Shown: one piece after another, positions 8,953 to 16,517 of the stretch
Layout of the letters: each line of letters starts with the position of its first letter
Numbering within the stretch: the first letter of the stretch is position 1
Source of the DNA: a virus
Lineage: Duplodnaviria; Caudoviricetes
Strand: one strand, 5' to 3'
IMG/VR virus record: IMGVR_UViG_3300005758_000083
Location: 1-29,346 of that record
Length of the DNA: 29,346 nt
Program-made: the position numbers and the translations under genes
The notes under the pieces: model-generated
The model's input: only the letters and a program-made list of their open reading frames with translations
Databases searched by the model: none
Told to the model about the DNA's origin: nothing

Positions 8953-10389
8953 TTACGTCCAACCCTTCGATGAAGCTGTCTGCACCGCACGCGCCCTGGG
9001 GGCTTGGTAGCCACTGCGTACCTGCATACACAGGTACTGAAGCGCGTCCATCGGATGCGAGAACTCGTCTTTGACTGGGCGTTCGCGGTACCGGGCCGCA
9101 CCATTGGTCTTGATGCGCTCGTAGCGATACCGGCCATTGAAGCCCCGCCTTAGCGTGGAGCATGACGGATCCAGAAGTAGACCCGGGCCACCATCGACCA
9201 TGCGAGTGAGGAAGTACGCCACGGATTCTCGCCGTGGAATCCAGTCGTTGGTCGGTGCCGGGAAGGTCGGGATCCCCGCCTCGAGCAGCTCCTGGATGCA
9301 GGTGCGTTCGTCCACTTGTGAACGGATCTGCCCTGCCGGGTCGCCCATCGAGTGACGGGCAAAGCCAGCGTAGTCGTTGGTGAGGATTGGCTTGACGACG
9401 TCGTGCGTGAACTGCCGGATGCCCATGTCCTCGGAGATGATCTCCTTGAGGATCATGAGCTGGCCACGCGGGGTCATCTGCCCAATGATGCAGGCAGGTG
9501 TCAAGCCAAAGTCCCAGCCCAGCAGGATCGGCAGACCACGGACTGGCTCGAGCGGCTTGTCGCTGACATGCACCCGATCGTTCCACTCCGGGAACACCGG
9601 CTTGCCGTCGGTGGTGGTGCCGTAGTTGCCCAGCAGGAAAACGTTGATCCATTGGTCTTGCTTACCCGCTACCTGGTTCAAGTAGTACTTGTACCCAAAC
9701 GGAAGGTTGTCGATGTTCTCGGCATCCGGGTTCGGGGCGTAGCCGTTCTCGCCGTCGATGAAGAGTCCACCCGGCTGGCGGAAGAACTCCCACTCAGCAG
9801 GGCGCAACACCTCGGCGGACTGGTAGTACCAGTGGTCGTCGTCAGGCGGGTTGGTGTCCAGGATCACGCCGGACCAGGACGGGCCACCCTTGATCTTCGA
9901 GGGGTAGCGGCCCACCCGCTGGGTAAGCATGTCGAACACACCCTTCGGAACTTCGGACGCCTCGTTAATCCAGCCACCGGTCAGCTCGAGCGATCGCAGC
10001 TTGCCGGTGTCCAGCTCAGAGTCCAGCGCCAGGAAGACGACCTCGAGCTCCAGGCTGGTGCCGTCCCCGATGTCCGCGATCTTCATCGTGGAGGTGATCG
10101 GGGTGTCCCACTTCATTGGGGCGATGTTCTCCGGGAACCAGGTGTTCCAGGTCTTGATGGTCGTGGACTTGAGTTCCGGGTAGGTGTTCCGGACCACAGC
10201 CCAACGGGAGCGCCGTACGCCGTCCGACCAGGGAGCCTGAGCCAGGGCACGAACCACGATCTCGACACAACAAGTCGAGGACTTCCCGGAGCCAACCGGC
10301 CCCATGAGTCCCCGAACAAAAGCGTCAGACTGGTGGAATGCCGCCGCAGCCTTCCCAGGTGGGCGGTAGTTGACGAACTCCTGACTCAC
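8953..10389 (-). CDS. terL: Terminase large subunit
   Basis: 478 aa; Walker A GPVGSGKS, Walker B WINEA, coupling motif DTNPP, nuclease GWDFG and HPMDALQY. Confidence 0.93.
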   Translation of the reverse strand: MSQEFVNYRPPGKAAAAFHQSDAFVRGLMGPVGSGKSSTCCVEIVVRALAQAPWSDGVRRSRWAVVRNTYPELKSTTIKTWNTWFPENIAPMKWDTPITSTMKIADIGDGTSLELEVVFLALDSELDTGKLRSLELTGGWINEASEVPKGVFDMLTQRVGRYPSKIKGGPSWSGVILDTNPPDDDHWYYQSAEVLRPAEWEFFRQPGGLFIDGENGYAPNPDAENIDNLPFGYKYYLNQVAGKQDQWINVFLLGNYGTTTDGKPVFPEWNDRVHVSDKPLEPVRGLPILLGWDFGLTPACIIGQMTPRGQLMILKEIISEDMGIRQFTHDVVKPILTNDYAGFARHSMGDPAGQIRSQVDERTCIQELLEAGIPTFPAPTNDWIPRRESVAYFLTRMVDGGPGLLLDPSCSTLRRGFNGRYRYERIKTNGAARYRERPVKDEFSHPMDALQYLCMQVRSGYQAPRARAVQTASSKGWT

Positions 10390-10631
10390 TTCTTCTCGTC
10401 GTCACCGAGCTTGGTGTTCAGGTTGAAGACAACCTGATTGCCTGTCATGTCCACCTTCACGTCTGACAGGTTCGGCAACGATTTGTTGAGTAGGACTTCC
10501 GCCGCACGGATCTGCGAGGGAGACATCTGGTTCTTCCCCTCGACATGACCCATGAGCCGAGTCACCAGGACGGACGCCTGGATCTTGGTGCGGATCTCTT
10601 CCTGATGGTTCTTGCGTAGACGAGCAGCCAC
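10386..10631 (-). CDS. terS: Putative terminase small subunit
   Basis: 81 aa, overlaps terL start; MAARLRK.HQEEIRTKIQ...QIRAAEVLL.K.LP.L pattern; RBS GGAG. Confidence 0.65.
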   Translation of the reverse strand: MAARLRKNHQEEIRTKIQASVLVTRLMGHVEGKNQMSPSQIRAAEVLLNKSLPNLSDVKVDMTGNQVVFNLNTKLGDDEKK

Positions 10632-10687
10632 GGCGTACTCCGATGGTGTTGCTGATAGGAACGCATTGTCCCTGTACGGAGATGACG

Positions 10688-10845
10688 CCCGGGAAGAGTG
10701 GAGTGGGTTACGCCCACCACTCGGTCAGGTCACGCCACGAAGGAGTTACGCCAACGCCCTGACTGGATCCGTTAGACCACGGTGTCCTGGGTGAGAGCAT
10801 CGTAGGACTGCCCACACACCCGCCGGGACTGTGACGGTCGTCACA
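10688..10845 (-). ncRNA. Predicted multi-stem structured leader upstream of terS
   Basis: By-eye pairings: CCCGG/CCGGG closing stem around four hairpins plus a TGTGAC/GTCACA hairpin; G-U pairs favour the minus strand. Confidence 0.4.
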
Positions 10846-10874
10846 AGAAAGTTGGCACAGACCTTGCGTATTTA

Positions 10875-11094
10875 CTATAGATGGATAACCAATAGATGGT
10901 TATCCCTCTTTAGGTAACCATCTGATGGTTACCATCTAAGACATCTATCTCCTAAAAAAACATCTATAGACAATCCATCTGTGTACCATCTATAGATGTC
11001 TACCATCTTAGACATCTATCCCCAATAACAACTATAGACAACCATCTCTAGGAACAGATGTACAGATGGTTAACCATCTGTAGATAGACATCTA
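10875..11094. repeat. AT-rich array of CATCT/AGATG repeats and palindromes
   Basis: 16 copies of the pentamer (11 CATCT, 5 AGATG), five inverted repeats, ~50-bp imperfect direct repeat (10930-10980 vs 11001-11047); ~36% GC by hand count. Confidence 0.92.
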
Positions 11095-11361
11095 GGCCAC
11101 AGGCTGCTGTCTCGCCGCCTTCTCGAACGACTGAAGGATCGACTTGACCAGCAGCAGCAAGTCTTCGCCCGTGTCGAAGTGCGTCAGGTTCACCTCGGTC
11201 TCCCAGACATGAGGCTCGCCTTCGATGAAGACAGCCCCCTCGATCATCACCACATGCGGCGCAAGCTGCTGTCTCACCTCGTTCGCGTAACGAACATTCA
11301 CCCCAGCTAGTGGTTCGAACTGGCGGAGGAAGTTCTGAAGCTCGTGAGCCTGTAGGTTCAT
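11092..11361 (-). CDS. Hypothetical protein (89 aa)
   Basis: RBS CAGGAG before ATG 11361 (MNLQAHELQ...); stop lies in the last repeat of the array. Confidence 0.65.
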   Translation of the reverse strand: MNLQAHELQNFLRQFEPLAGVNVRYANEVRQQLAPHVVMIEGAVFIEGEPHVWETEVNLTHFDTGEDLLLLVKSILQSFEKAARQQPVA

Positions 11362-11696
11362 TGGGTTCTCCTGTGCGTTGGTTGGCCGATGGCGGCGATC
11401 AAAGTGGTTGGATGGTACTCGGATACCAACCAGCCAGGAAAAAACGCTTGTAGGCCCAAATAATCGGTCGGCACAGAGGCTCAAGTACCCCGGGGTAGCG
11501 ATCGGCTAGCCCCAACAGGGGGTGTGTACGGTGTGTATCAGACTCGCGTATGCGATGGCTCTAGTACTGGAGTCCTCATACCCCCGGTACGCAACGACTG
11601 TGCCCATCGGGTGGCATCCAGGCAGGCAACCAGTCCTTGACTGCACAGAGCGGATCAGTAATCCGCAGAGGTGTGAGTCGTGACAACCACTTAGCT

Positions 11697-11767
11697 CACC
11701 ACTGTGCAGTAAATGTGCAGTCGATCGTCGTCCGTAGCGCCTCTTACGAGGCTACGGCCTCCTCTCT
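11697..11767. promoter_or_regulatory. Early-region hairpin element, copy 1
   Basis: CACCACTGTGC-N17-TCGTCG-T-CCGTAG CG CCTC TTAC GAGG CTACGG-CCTCCTCTCT. Confidence 0.6.
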
Positions 11768-11885
11768 TGTGTGTGTTTTCGGGGTTAACCCTACGTCAGT
11801 AGGTGCTCTGAACGCCAAATGTCGCCCGTACGGCCATTTGACGACACTCAACCCCTTGTTCTTCCTACAACTTTGGAGTCTGACC

Positions 11886-12143
11886 ATGCCTCTCCTTACC
11901 ACCACCCGTTATGCATCTATTCAACAACTGTGCTCAGCTGTAAGCGAGTGCATCAGCACTCCGTTCAGTCTCGATCAACACCGAGCACTTACCAAGGTTC
12001 TGGATGATGAGCTGGATCTCGCTGTGATCCAGGATCGCCACCAGGACGAAGTCCTTCTTCGATTCGCCAAGGCTGACTTGACCGACTGGATCTGCGCTCA
12101 CCTGATGAGCACCGCCAAGGCTATGGAGGCTCGCTATGCGTGA
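11886..12143 (+). CDS. Hypothetical early protein (85 aa)
   Basis: RBS GGAG then ATG 11886 (MPLLTTTRY...). Confidence 0.65.
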   Translation: MPLLTTTRYASIQQLCSAVSECISTPFSLDQHRALTKVLDDELDLAVIQDRHQDEVLLRFAKADLTDWICAHLMSTAKAMEARYA

Positions 12144-12225
12144 CTTCCTCATCAAGCTGATCCTCAACCTGCTGGGCCTGTCGGTCTTCGCTCTGCTGGG
12201 CGTACTGCTGGCCTGGAGGATGTAA
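12136..12225 (+). CDS. Small single-TM peptide (29 aa)
   Basis: RBS GGAGG; MRDFLIKLILNLLGLSVFALLGVLLAWRM; below ORF-track cutoff. Confidence 0.6.
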   Translation: MRDFLIKLILNLLGLSVFALLGVLLAWRM

Positions 12226-12241
12226 CCCGGTGGTGGTTCGC

Positions 12242-12351
12242 CACCACTGTGCCTTCGCTCTTCTCCGTTCGTCGGCCCCCTTCCTCTCTTGCGAGAGGGG
12301 GCCTCCTCTCTCTTTTGTTTCTGTTTCCTGGCGCTTCTCGCCGCTGTTTCC
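12242..12351. promoter_or_regulatory. Early-region hairpin element, copy 2
   Basis: CACCACTGTGC-N16-TCGTCG-GCCCC CTTC CTCTC TTGC GAGAG GGGG-CCTCCTCTCT...TCCT GGCG CTTCT CGCC GCTGTTTCC. Confidence 0.65.
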
Positions 12352-12386
12352 TTACTTCAACCACCATCTGATCCAAGGAGATCGAC

Positions 12387-12770
12387 ATGACTGCTACCAA
12401 CACCATCACCGCTTCCGTCGTCGCCAACACCAAGCCGACCGAGGCACAGATCAACCGCTTGCAGACCCTGAACTACACCGGGGACGTGAGCAAGATGTCC
12501 CGTTCCGAAGTGAGCCAGCTGATCAGCAAGCTGATCTCTGACCGTGACATGCAACCGGCTACGGCCAAGCAGCTGGGTCGTGCAGGCGTTCTCGGTGGCC
12601 GTGACCTGCCAGGCGCAGGTGTGCGTGAGGTGAGCAGCCAGATCGCTCTGCTCGAGGCTCTGATCATCTTCGAGACCGCTGCCGAGGAAGACAAGCTCGA
12701 GGCAGCTAAGGGGATGGCTGAGGCGATCCGCGCCCGGTTCGTGAAGCAGGGCATCGTGTACGCCAGCTGA
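12387..12770 (+). CDS. Hypothetical protein with two internal PT.xQ...E.S..I repeats
   Basis: RBS AAGGAG; repeats KPTEAQ..SRSEVSQLISKL and PATAKQ..VREVSSQIALL. Confidence 0.75.
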   Translation: MTATNTITASVVANTKPTEAQINRLQTLNYTGDVSKMSRSEVSQLISKLISDRDMQPATAKQLGRAGVLGGRDLPGAGVREVSSQIALLEALIIFETAAEEDKLEAAKGMAEAIRARFVKQGIVYAS

Positions 12771-12772
12771 TA

Positions 12773-12812
12773 GGCAGGGGTGGGGGTGCCGCGAAAGCGG
12801 CGACCCTGCCCC
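12773..12812 (+). terminator. GC-rich GAAA hairpin after gene
   Basis: GCCGC GAAA GCGGC core extendable by GGCAGGG/CCCTGCC; poor U tract. Confidence 0.4.
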
Positions 12813-12822
12813 GTGTTATCTC

Positions 12823-12846
12823 CAATCCACTCACGGCTCGAGATTT
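12823..12846 (+). repeat. Start-associated 24-bp repeat, copy A
   Basis: CAATCCACTCACGGCTCGAGATTT, 21/24 identical to 14059-14082. Confidence 0.75.
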
Positions 12847-12861
12847 CCACGAGGAAGCGAC

Positions 12862-13104
12862 ATGAAAGTAATTTGCGGAGACATTGAGTTCGGCAACTTC
12901 ACGCCGAACGGACGAGACACATCACCGATCTGCATTGTTCACAAGGTGAAGGCTGTGCTGATCCTGTCAGATGGCTACGACCTTGACCTGCTGCTGACCA
13001 GGCACGGGTTTGACAGCTACATCGTGGTCTCCGGCAGTCCTGACCACGAGATCTACTACGCCAAGGATGCCTGGAAGGTAATTGGATTGGAGGCTGCGGC
13101 ATGA
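12862..13104 (+). CDS. Hypothetical protein
   Basis: 80 aa, RBS GAGG, ATGA coupling to next gene. Confidence 0.65.
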   Translation: MKVICGDIEFGNFTPNGRDTSPICIVHKVKAVLILSDGYDLDLLLTRHGFDSYIVVSGSPDHEIYYAKDAWKVIGLEAAA

Positions 13105-13262
13105 CAGTTCAAGAACTGATCCAAGCCCTGCAAAAGGTGGACAACCAGCAAGCTCAGGTCTTCATCTGGATTGATGGGGGTAGGTGGGCTATCAACCCGG
13201 ACATTCCGGTGGACAACCAACTGTCCGACGACATCATCGACATCAACCTGGAGGAGACATGA
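13101..13262 (+). CDS. Hypothetical protein (53 aa)
   Basis: MTVQELIQALQKVD...DINLEET; ATGA-coupled at both ends. Confidence 0.65.
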   Translation: MTVQELIQALQKVDNQQAQVFIWIDGGRWAINPDIPVDNQLSDDIIDINLEET

Positions 13263-13579
13263 AGAAACTGATCCTGATCCTGGCGTTGCTAGGAACCAAC
13301 GCTTACGCCGAGTTCATGGATGGCAACAGGCTGTACGAGCGAATGACCAGCGGGAAGAACACCGACTACGCCATGACTCTGGGCTACATCATCGGTGTGG
13401 CTGACACGATGCAGGAGGTGGCGCACTGCGCTCCCTCGAATGCGACAGCCGGTCAGCTGGTGGACATGGTCAAGCTTTACCTGGAGCAGCAACCGTCCGT
13501 GCGCAACAAGACCGCCGACGTCATTGTGATTCATGTACTGAAGACCACTTGGCCGTGCGCCAGGGGAACCAAGCTATAG
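13259..13579 (+). CDS. Rap1a/Tai-like secreted immunity-family protein
   Basis: Signal peptide MKKLILILALLGTNAYA; GN.L, GYI.GVAD, C.P...T.GQ..D.V..YL...P..R...A, WPC motifs. Confidence 0.75.
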   Translation: MKKLILILALLGTNAYAEFMDGNRLYERMTSGKNTDYAMTLGYIIGVADTMQEVAHCAPSNATAGQLVDMVKLYLEQQPSVRNKTADVIVIHVLKTTWPCARGTKL

Positions 13580-13592
13580 CTGGAGCAACACC

Positions 13593-13802
13593 ATGCAAGA
13601 CAAACCGACCGTTCATTTCCGAGGAGATCCCACCTTTCACTACGCCGAATGGGAAGGCATCGAGTGGCAGTACGCCAGGGTCTGGGCGCTAGACCATCCA
13701 ACCCTGGGTGAGGGTGACATCCGCACCAGCCAGATCATTCACCGGTTCGAAGACGGCAGCTTCGAGACCAGGAACACGGTCTACAAACCAGACAGCCGGT
13801 AA
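13593..13802 (+). CDS. Conserved small phage protein
   Basis: 69 aa; DHP.LG...IRTS...FETRNTVY pattern; RBS GGAG. Confidence 0.7.
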   Translation: MQDKPTVHFRGDPTFHYAEWEGIEWQYARVWALDHPTLGEGDIRTSQIIHRFEDGSFETRNTVYKPDSR

Positions 13803-13825
13803 TGCAACTGCATTACCTGTTCGAC

Positions 13826-13852
13826 AGGCCGGGGCAACCCGGCTTTCTTTTT
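13826..13852 (+). terminator. Intrinsic terminator
   Basis: GCCGGG GCAA CCCGGC followed by TTTCTTTTT. Confidence 0.75.
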
Positions 13853-13861
13853 GGAGCAACG

Positions 13862-14077
13862 ATGGAAAAGACAAAGCGCAAGGGCGTCTTCAACATGGAT
13901 GGCTACTTCAAGAGCCACAGCTTCACGATGAAGGATCCCAACCTGGCTGACGCCGCGGCTGATGTGTGGCGCAAGGTTCCGCACGCGAAGGTGCTTGGTC
14001 CGTACGGCGAGAATAGGTCGTACCACGTCTGGTTGAAGAAGGATCTGCTCACTACTGGCAATCCACTCACGACCTGA
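13862..14077 (+). CDS. Hypothetical protein (71 aa)
   Basis: RBS GGAG before ATG 13862 (MEKTKRKG...). Confidence 0.6.
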   Translation: MEKTKRKGVFNMDGYFKSHSFTMKDPNLADAAADVWRKVPHAKVLGPYGENRSYHVWLKKDLLTTGNPLTT

Positions 14078-14082
14078 GATTT
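14059..14082 (+). repeat. Start-associated 24-bp repeat, copy B
   Basis: CAATCCACTCACGACCTGAGATTT, ending just before the RBS of ATG 14097. Confidence 0.75.
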
Positions 14083-14096
14083 ACCCGGAGTCCACC

Positions 14097-14426
14097 ATGA
14101 TTGACAAAGACAAAGCCAAGGCCACCATCCAGCGCATCGATGAGTTCGTGTCGACCGCACGTCGGGTCAAGGGCGACGGCTTCGCTGACTTCGTCTTGTT
14201 CCTGGTGGACATGGCACAGCTGATCAACGTCAACCGACTGCTCGCCAACTTCTGTCTTGAACATGACGAGGAGGAGCGAGTCGAGGCTGTTCAATCCATC
14301 ACGCAGGCATTGATTACACAGATGACCGTACGAATCTCGGAAACACATGGCCTGTCTGACGAAGACTGCAAGGAAGCAATCAAGCTGTGCGACCAGATCA
14401 TGGAATCACTTCGAATACGCAAATGA
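14097..14426 (+). CDS. Hypothetical helical protein
   Basis: 109 aa, RBS GGAG. Confidence 0.7.
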   Translation: MIDKDKAKATIQRIDEFVSTARRVKGDGFADFVLFLVDMAQLINVNRLLANFCLEHDEEERVEAVQSITQALITQMTVRISETHGLSDEDCKEAIKLCDQIMESLRIRK

Positions 14427-14674
14427 TCATCACGATGCAGTCGCCGCTCGACGGTGACATCAACTGGATGGACATTCCCATCAGCGAAGACGACCACCGT
14501 CTGCTACTCAATCCCTTCAGGTACATCCCCGCACTGTTTCCCCACCTGACTGAAGCGCAAGTTGAATTCCTGGCCACCGGTGCAACGCCGAGTGACCGTG
14601 CCGAAACCGATCGGCGGCTCTGTGAAATGAGCCAGAGGTTCGAAGAACCCGACTACGACGACGTGCCGTTCTAG
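14423..14674 (+). CDS. Conserved small phage protein (83 aa)
   Basis: ATGA coupling; FPHLT...VEFL.TG.TP motif seen in many phage small proteins. Confidence 0.65.
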   Translation: MIITMQSPLDGDINWMDIPISEDDHRLLLNPFRYIPALFPHLTEAQVEFLATGATPSDRAETDRRLCEMSQRFEEPDYDDVPF

Positions 14675-14753
14675 TCGTCGCCCCCTCCTCCCCTTCGGGA
14701 GGGGGACTCCTTCCCAGTTCTATCCATCCTGGCAGCTACCTGCCGCTGATTCC
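14675..14753. promoter_or_regulatory. Early-region hairpin element, copy 3
   Basis: TCGTCG-CCCC CTC CTCCC CTTC GGGAG GGGG-ACTCCT...TCCT GGCAG CTAC CTGCC GCTGATTCC. Confidence 0.65.
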
Positions 14754-14784
14754 GCTCGCCCATTAACTTCATTGGAGATCAGCA

Positions 14785-16500
14785 ATGAAAGTGCTTCTTG
14801 TGACCTCAGGTCGAGACACGACTGCGTACTTTGTTCTCGGCCACAGGGTGACCCTTGTTCATGTGGGTGACGACACCTACTACGACGGACGAATTGAGCA
14901 ACGACACTTCAACTACATCCAGGACACGCGGCTTGAAGAATTCTCAACTGAACAGGAGCTGAGGCATCTCTGCTCACAACGGCATGCGCGTTGGGCAGGA
15001 GTGGATGTCACCGGCATCAAGACAATTCCGTTTTCGTCTGTCGATGTGAGCATCCGATGCGAGCTTCTTCAGGTATTGAGGGAGCGTATGTTTGGTCGTC
15101 CGTATAACACGCCTTACATCCTTGCTCTTACCAAGACCGTCAACGTTCGCCGCAGGGAGCTCGAGGTTGAGCCTTGGGTAGCAGACACCTACAAGAAAGT
15201 CCGCCGCACATGTGCCAGCCTGGGCAAGCTCATCGGTCAGGTCAAGCGTGGTGACGACGATCCCGATAAGTTGCACGAGATCTGCGGCCTGGCTGATGAC
15301 ATTGAGGTCTACGCCGTAGGCATCAAGCTAAACATCCAGGAACTGGATATTGGTTTGGAGGTTGCCACTTGCGGTCACCTCGAGATCTCCGGCGACGAAT
15401 TGCGGGTCGCCAACTCCCGCGGTCGCTTGACCGACACATGCTGCCAGACCTGCTACGAAGACAGCGATGTCGTTGTCTACTGCATTGACGATGGCTATCG
15501 CCACTGGCGTGACGACGTCTACTACTGGGAGTCGGACGACGAGTACCACCTCACTGAGGAACAGGATGACTACAACGACAACGACGAGGGTGGAGCAGAT
15601 CCCAATTACCGCCTGGACTACAGCTCCGATGTCATGAGCTACCTCTCCAAGGATGAGTCGTTCACATCCACTGCGCATGGCGACTTCCACATGGGCGTCG
15701 AGCTGGAGACCGCCGCCCGTGAGTACGAAGTGCTCAAAACCAGGGTAGCTACGGTACGGCAGGAGCTAGGAGAGGACTACCTTGTATGCAAGTACGACGG
15801 TAGCGTCGGTGAGTTCTCGATGGAGTGGGTGACTCGTCCCACCAATCTAGCTACTCACATCAAGAAGTTCGGTGACTGGAAGAGTACTGACGGGCTGGTC
15901 GCATGGAACAACCGTTCCTGCGGTATGCACGTCCACATCGACAGCCAAGCGTTCACTGCACTGACGCTGGGCAAGATGATCCAGTTCTACAACAAGGAAG
16001 AGAACGCCGACTTCATCCGCTCGATCGCTGGTCGTCACCCGTCACGAGACAGTCAAGCCAATGAGTACGCCGCACTCGACAGCACTCAGGTTGTGCAGTC
16101 GCCTACTCATGCGCTCAAGGGTAAGGATCCCAGCCGGTATCGCATGATCAACTGCGAGAACCTGTCGGTGTCCGAGTCCCGCCGACTTGGTCTTGACACC
16201 CGTTACGGTGACAGCAACACGGTTGAGATCCGCATCTTCCGTGCGTCACTCAAGAAGGAACGGCTGCTTGCTCAGATCGAGTTCGCTCACGCCGCCGTCA
16301 TGTTCTGCCGGGTCACCAGCTACCGAGAGCTGACCGACAAGGCGTTCCTCAAGTGGCTGCGTGCCAGCGCAGGCATGTACCCCAATCTTGCGAAGTGGTT
16401 CAACGTCAATCACCGCCACGGCTCTACTGTTACCAACACTGATCCCATTGCCAAGGCTGCTCAGTCCAACCAGCCCGAACTCTTCGCACAAGCTGCTTGA
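14785..16500 (+). CDS. Amidoligase (glutamine synthetase-like COOH-NH2 ligase) with N-terminal extension
   Basis: GVELET, DGS, EWVTRP, CGMHVH, RY..IN, TVEIRIF motifs; upstream CGH...CCQTC cluster and acidic linker. Confidence 0.85.
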   Translation: MKVLLVTSGRDTTAYFVLGHRVTLVHVGDDTYYDGRIEQRHFNYIQDTRLEEFSTEQELRHLCSQRHARWAGVDVTGIKTIPFSSVDVSIRCELLQVLRERMFGRPYNTPYILALTKTVNVRRRELEVEPWVADTYKKVRRTCASLGKLIGQVKRGDDDPDKLHEICGLADDIEVYAVGIKLNIQELDIGLEVATCGHLEISGDELRVANSRGRLTDTCCQTCYEDSDVVVYCIDDGYRHWRDDVYYWESDDEYHLTEEQDDYNDNDEGGADPNYRLDYSSDVMSYLSKDESFTSTAHGDFHMGVELETAAREYEVLKTRVATVRQELGEDYLVCKYDGSVGEFSMEWVTRPTNLATHIKKFGDWKSTDGLVAWNNRSCGMHVHIDSQAFTALTLGKMIQFYNKEENADFIRSIAGRHPSRDSQANEYAALDSTQVVQSPTHALKGKDPSRYRMINCENLSVSESRRLGLDTRYGDSNTVEIRIFRASLKKERLLAQIEFAHAAVMFCRVTSYRELTDKAFLKWLRASAGMYPNLAKWFNVNHRHGSTVTNTDPIAKAAQSNQPELFAQAA

Positions 16501-16517
16501 TTCAAGGAGAAATTGAA

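Noticed and set aside
8953-10389. Intein or intron in terL (also checked helicase)
   Set aside because: Normal lengths, contiguous motifs, no splice-junction signatures.
9352-10437. 361-aa plus-strand ORF
   Set aside because: Antisense shadow of terL, expected in high-GC coding DNA; no motifs.
10853-10860. TGGCACAG also found near the int 3' end as possible arm site
   Set aside because: A single 8-bp match 18 kb apart is compatible with chance.
10875-11094. Mini-CRISPR array
   Set aside because: No constant 23-47 bp repeat with unique spacers; units are overlapping pentamers and palindromes.
11637-11885. N-terminal extension of the 168-aa ORF
   Set aside because: Good RBS at ATG 11886; upstream part is occupied by structured repeats.
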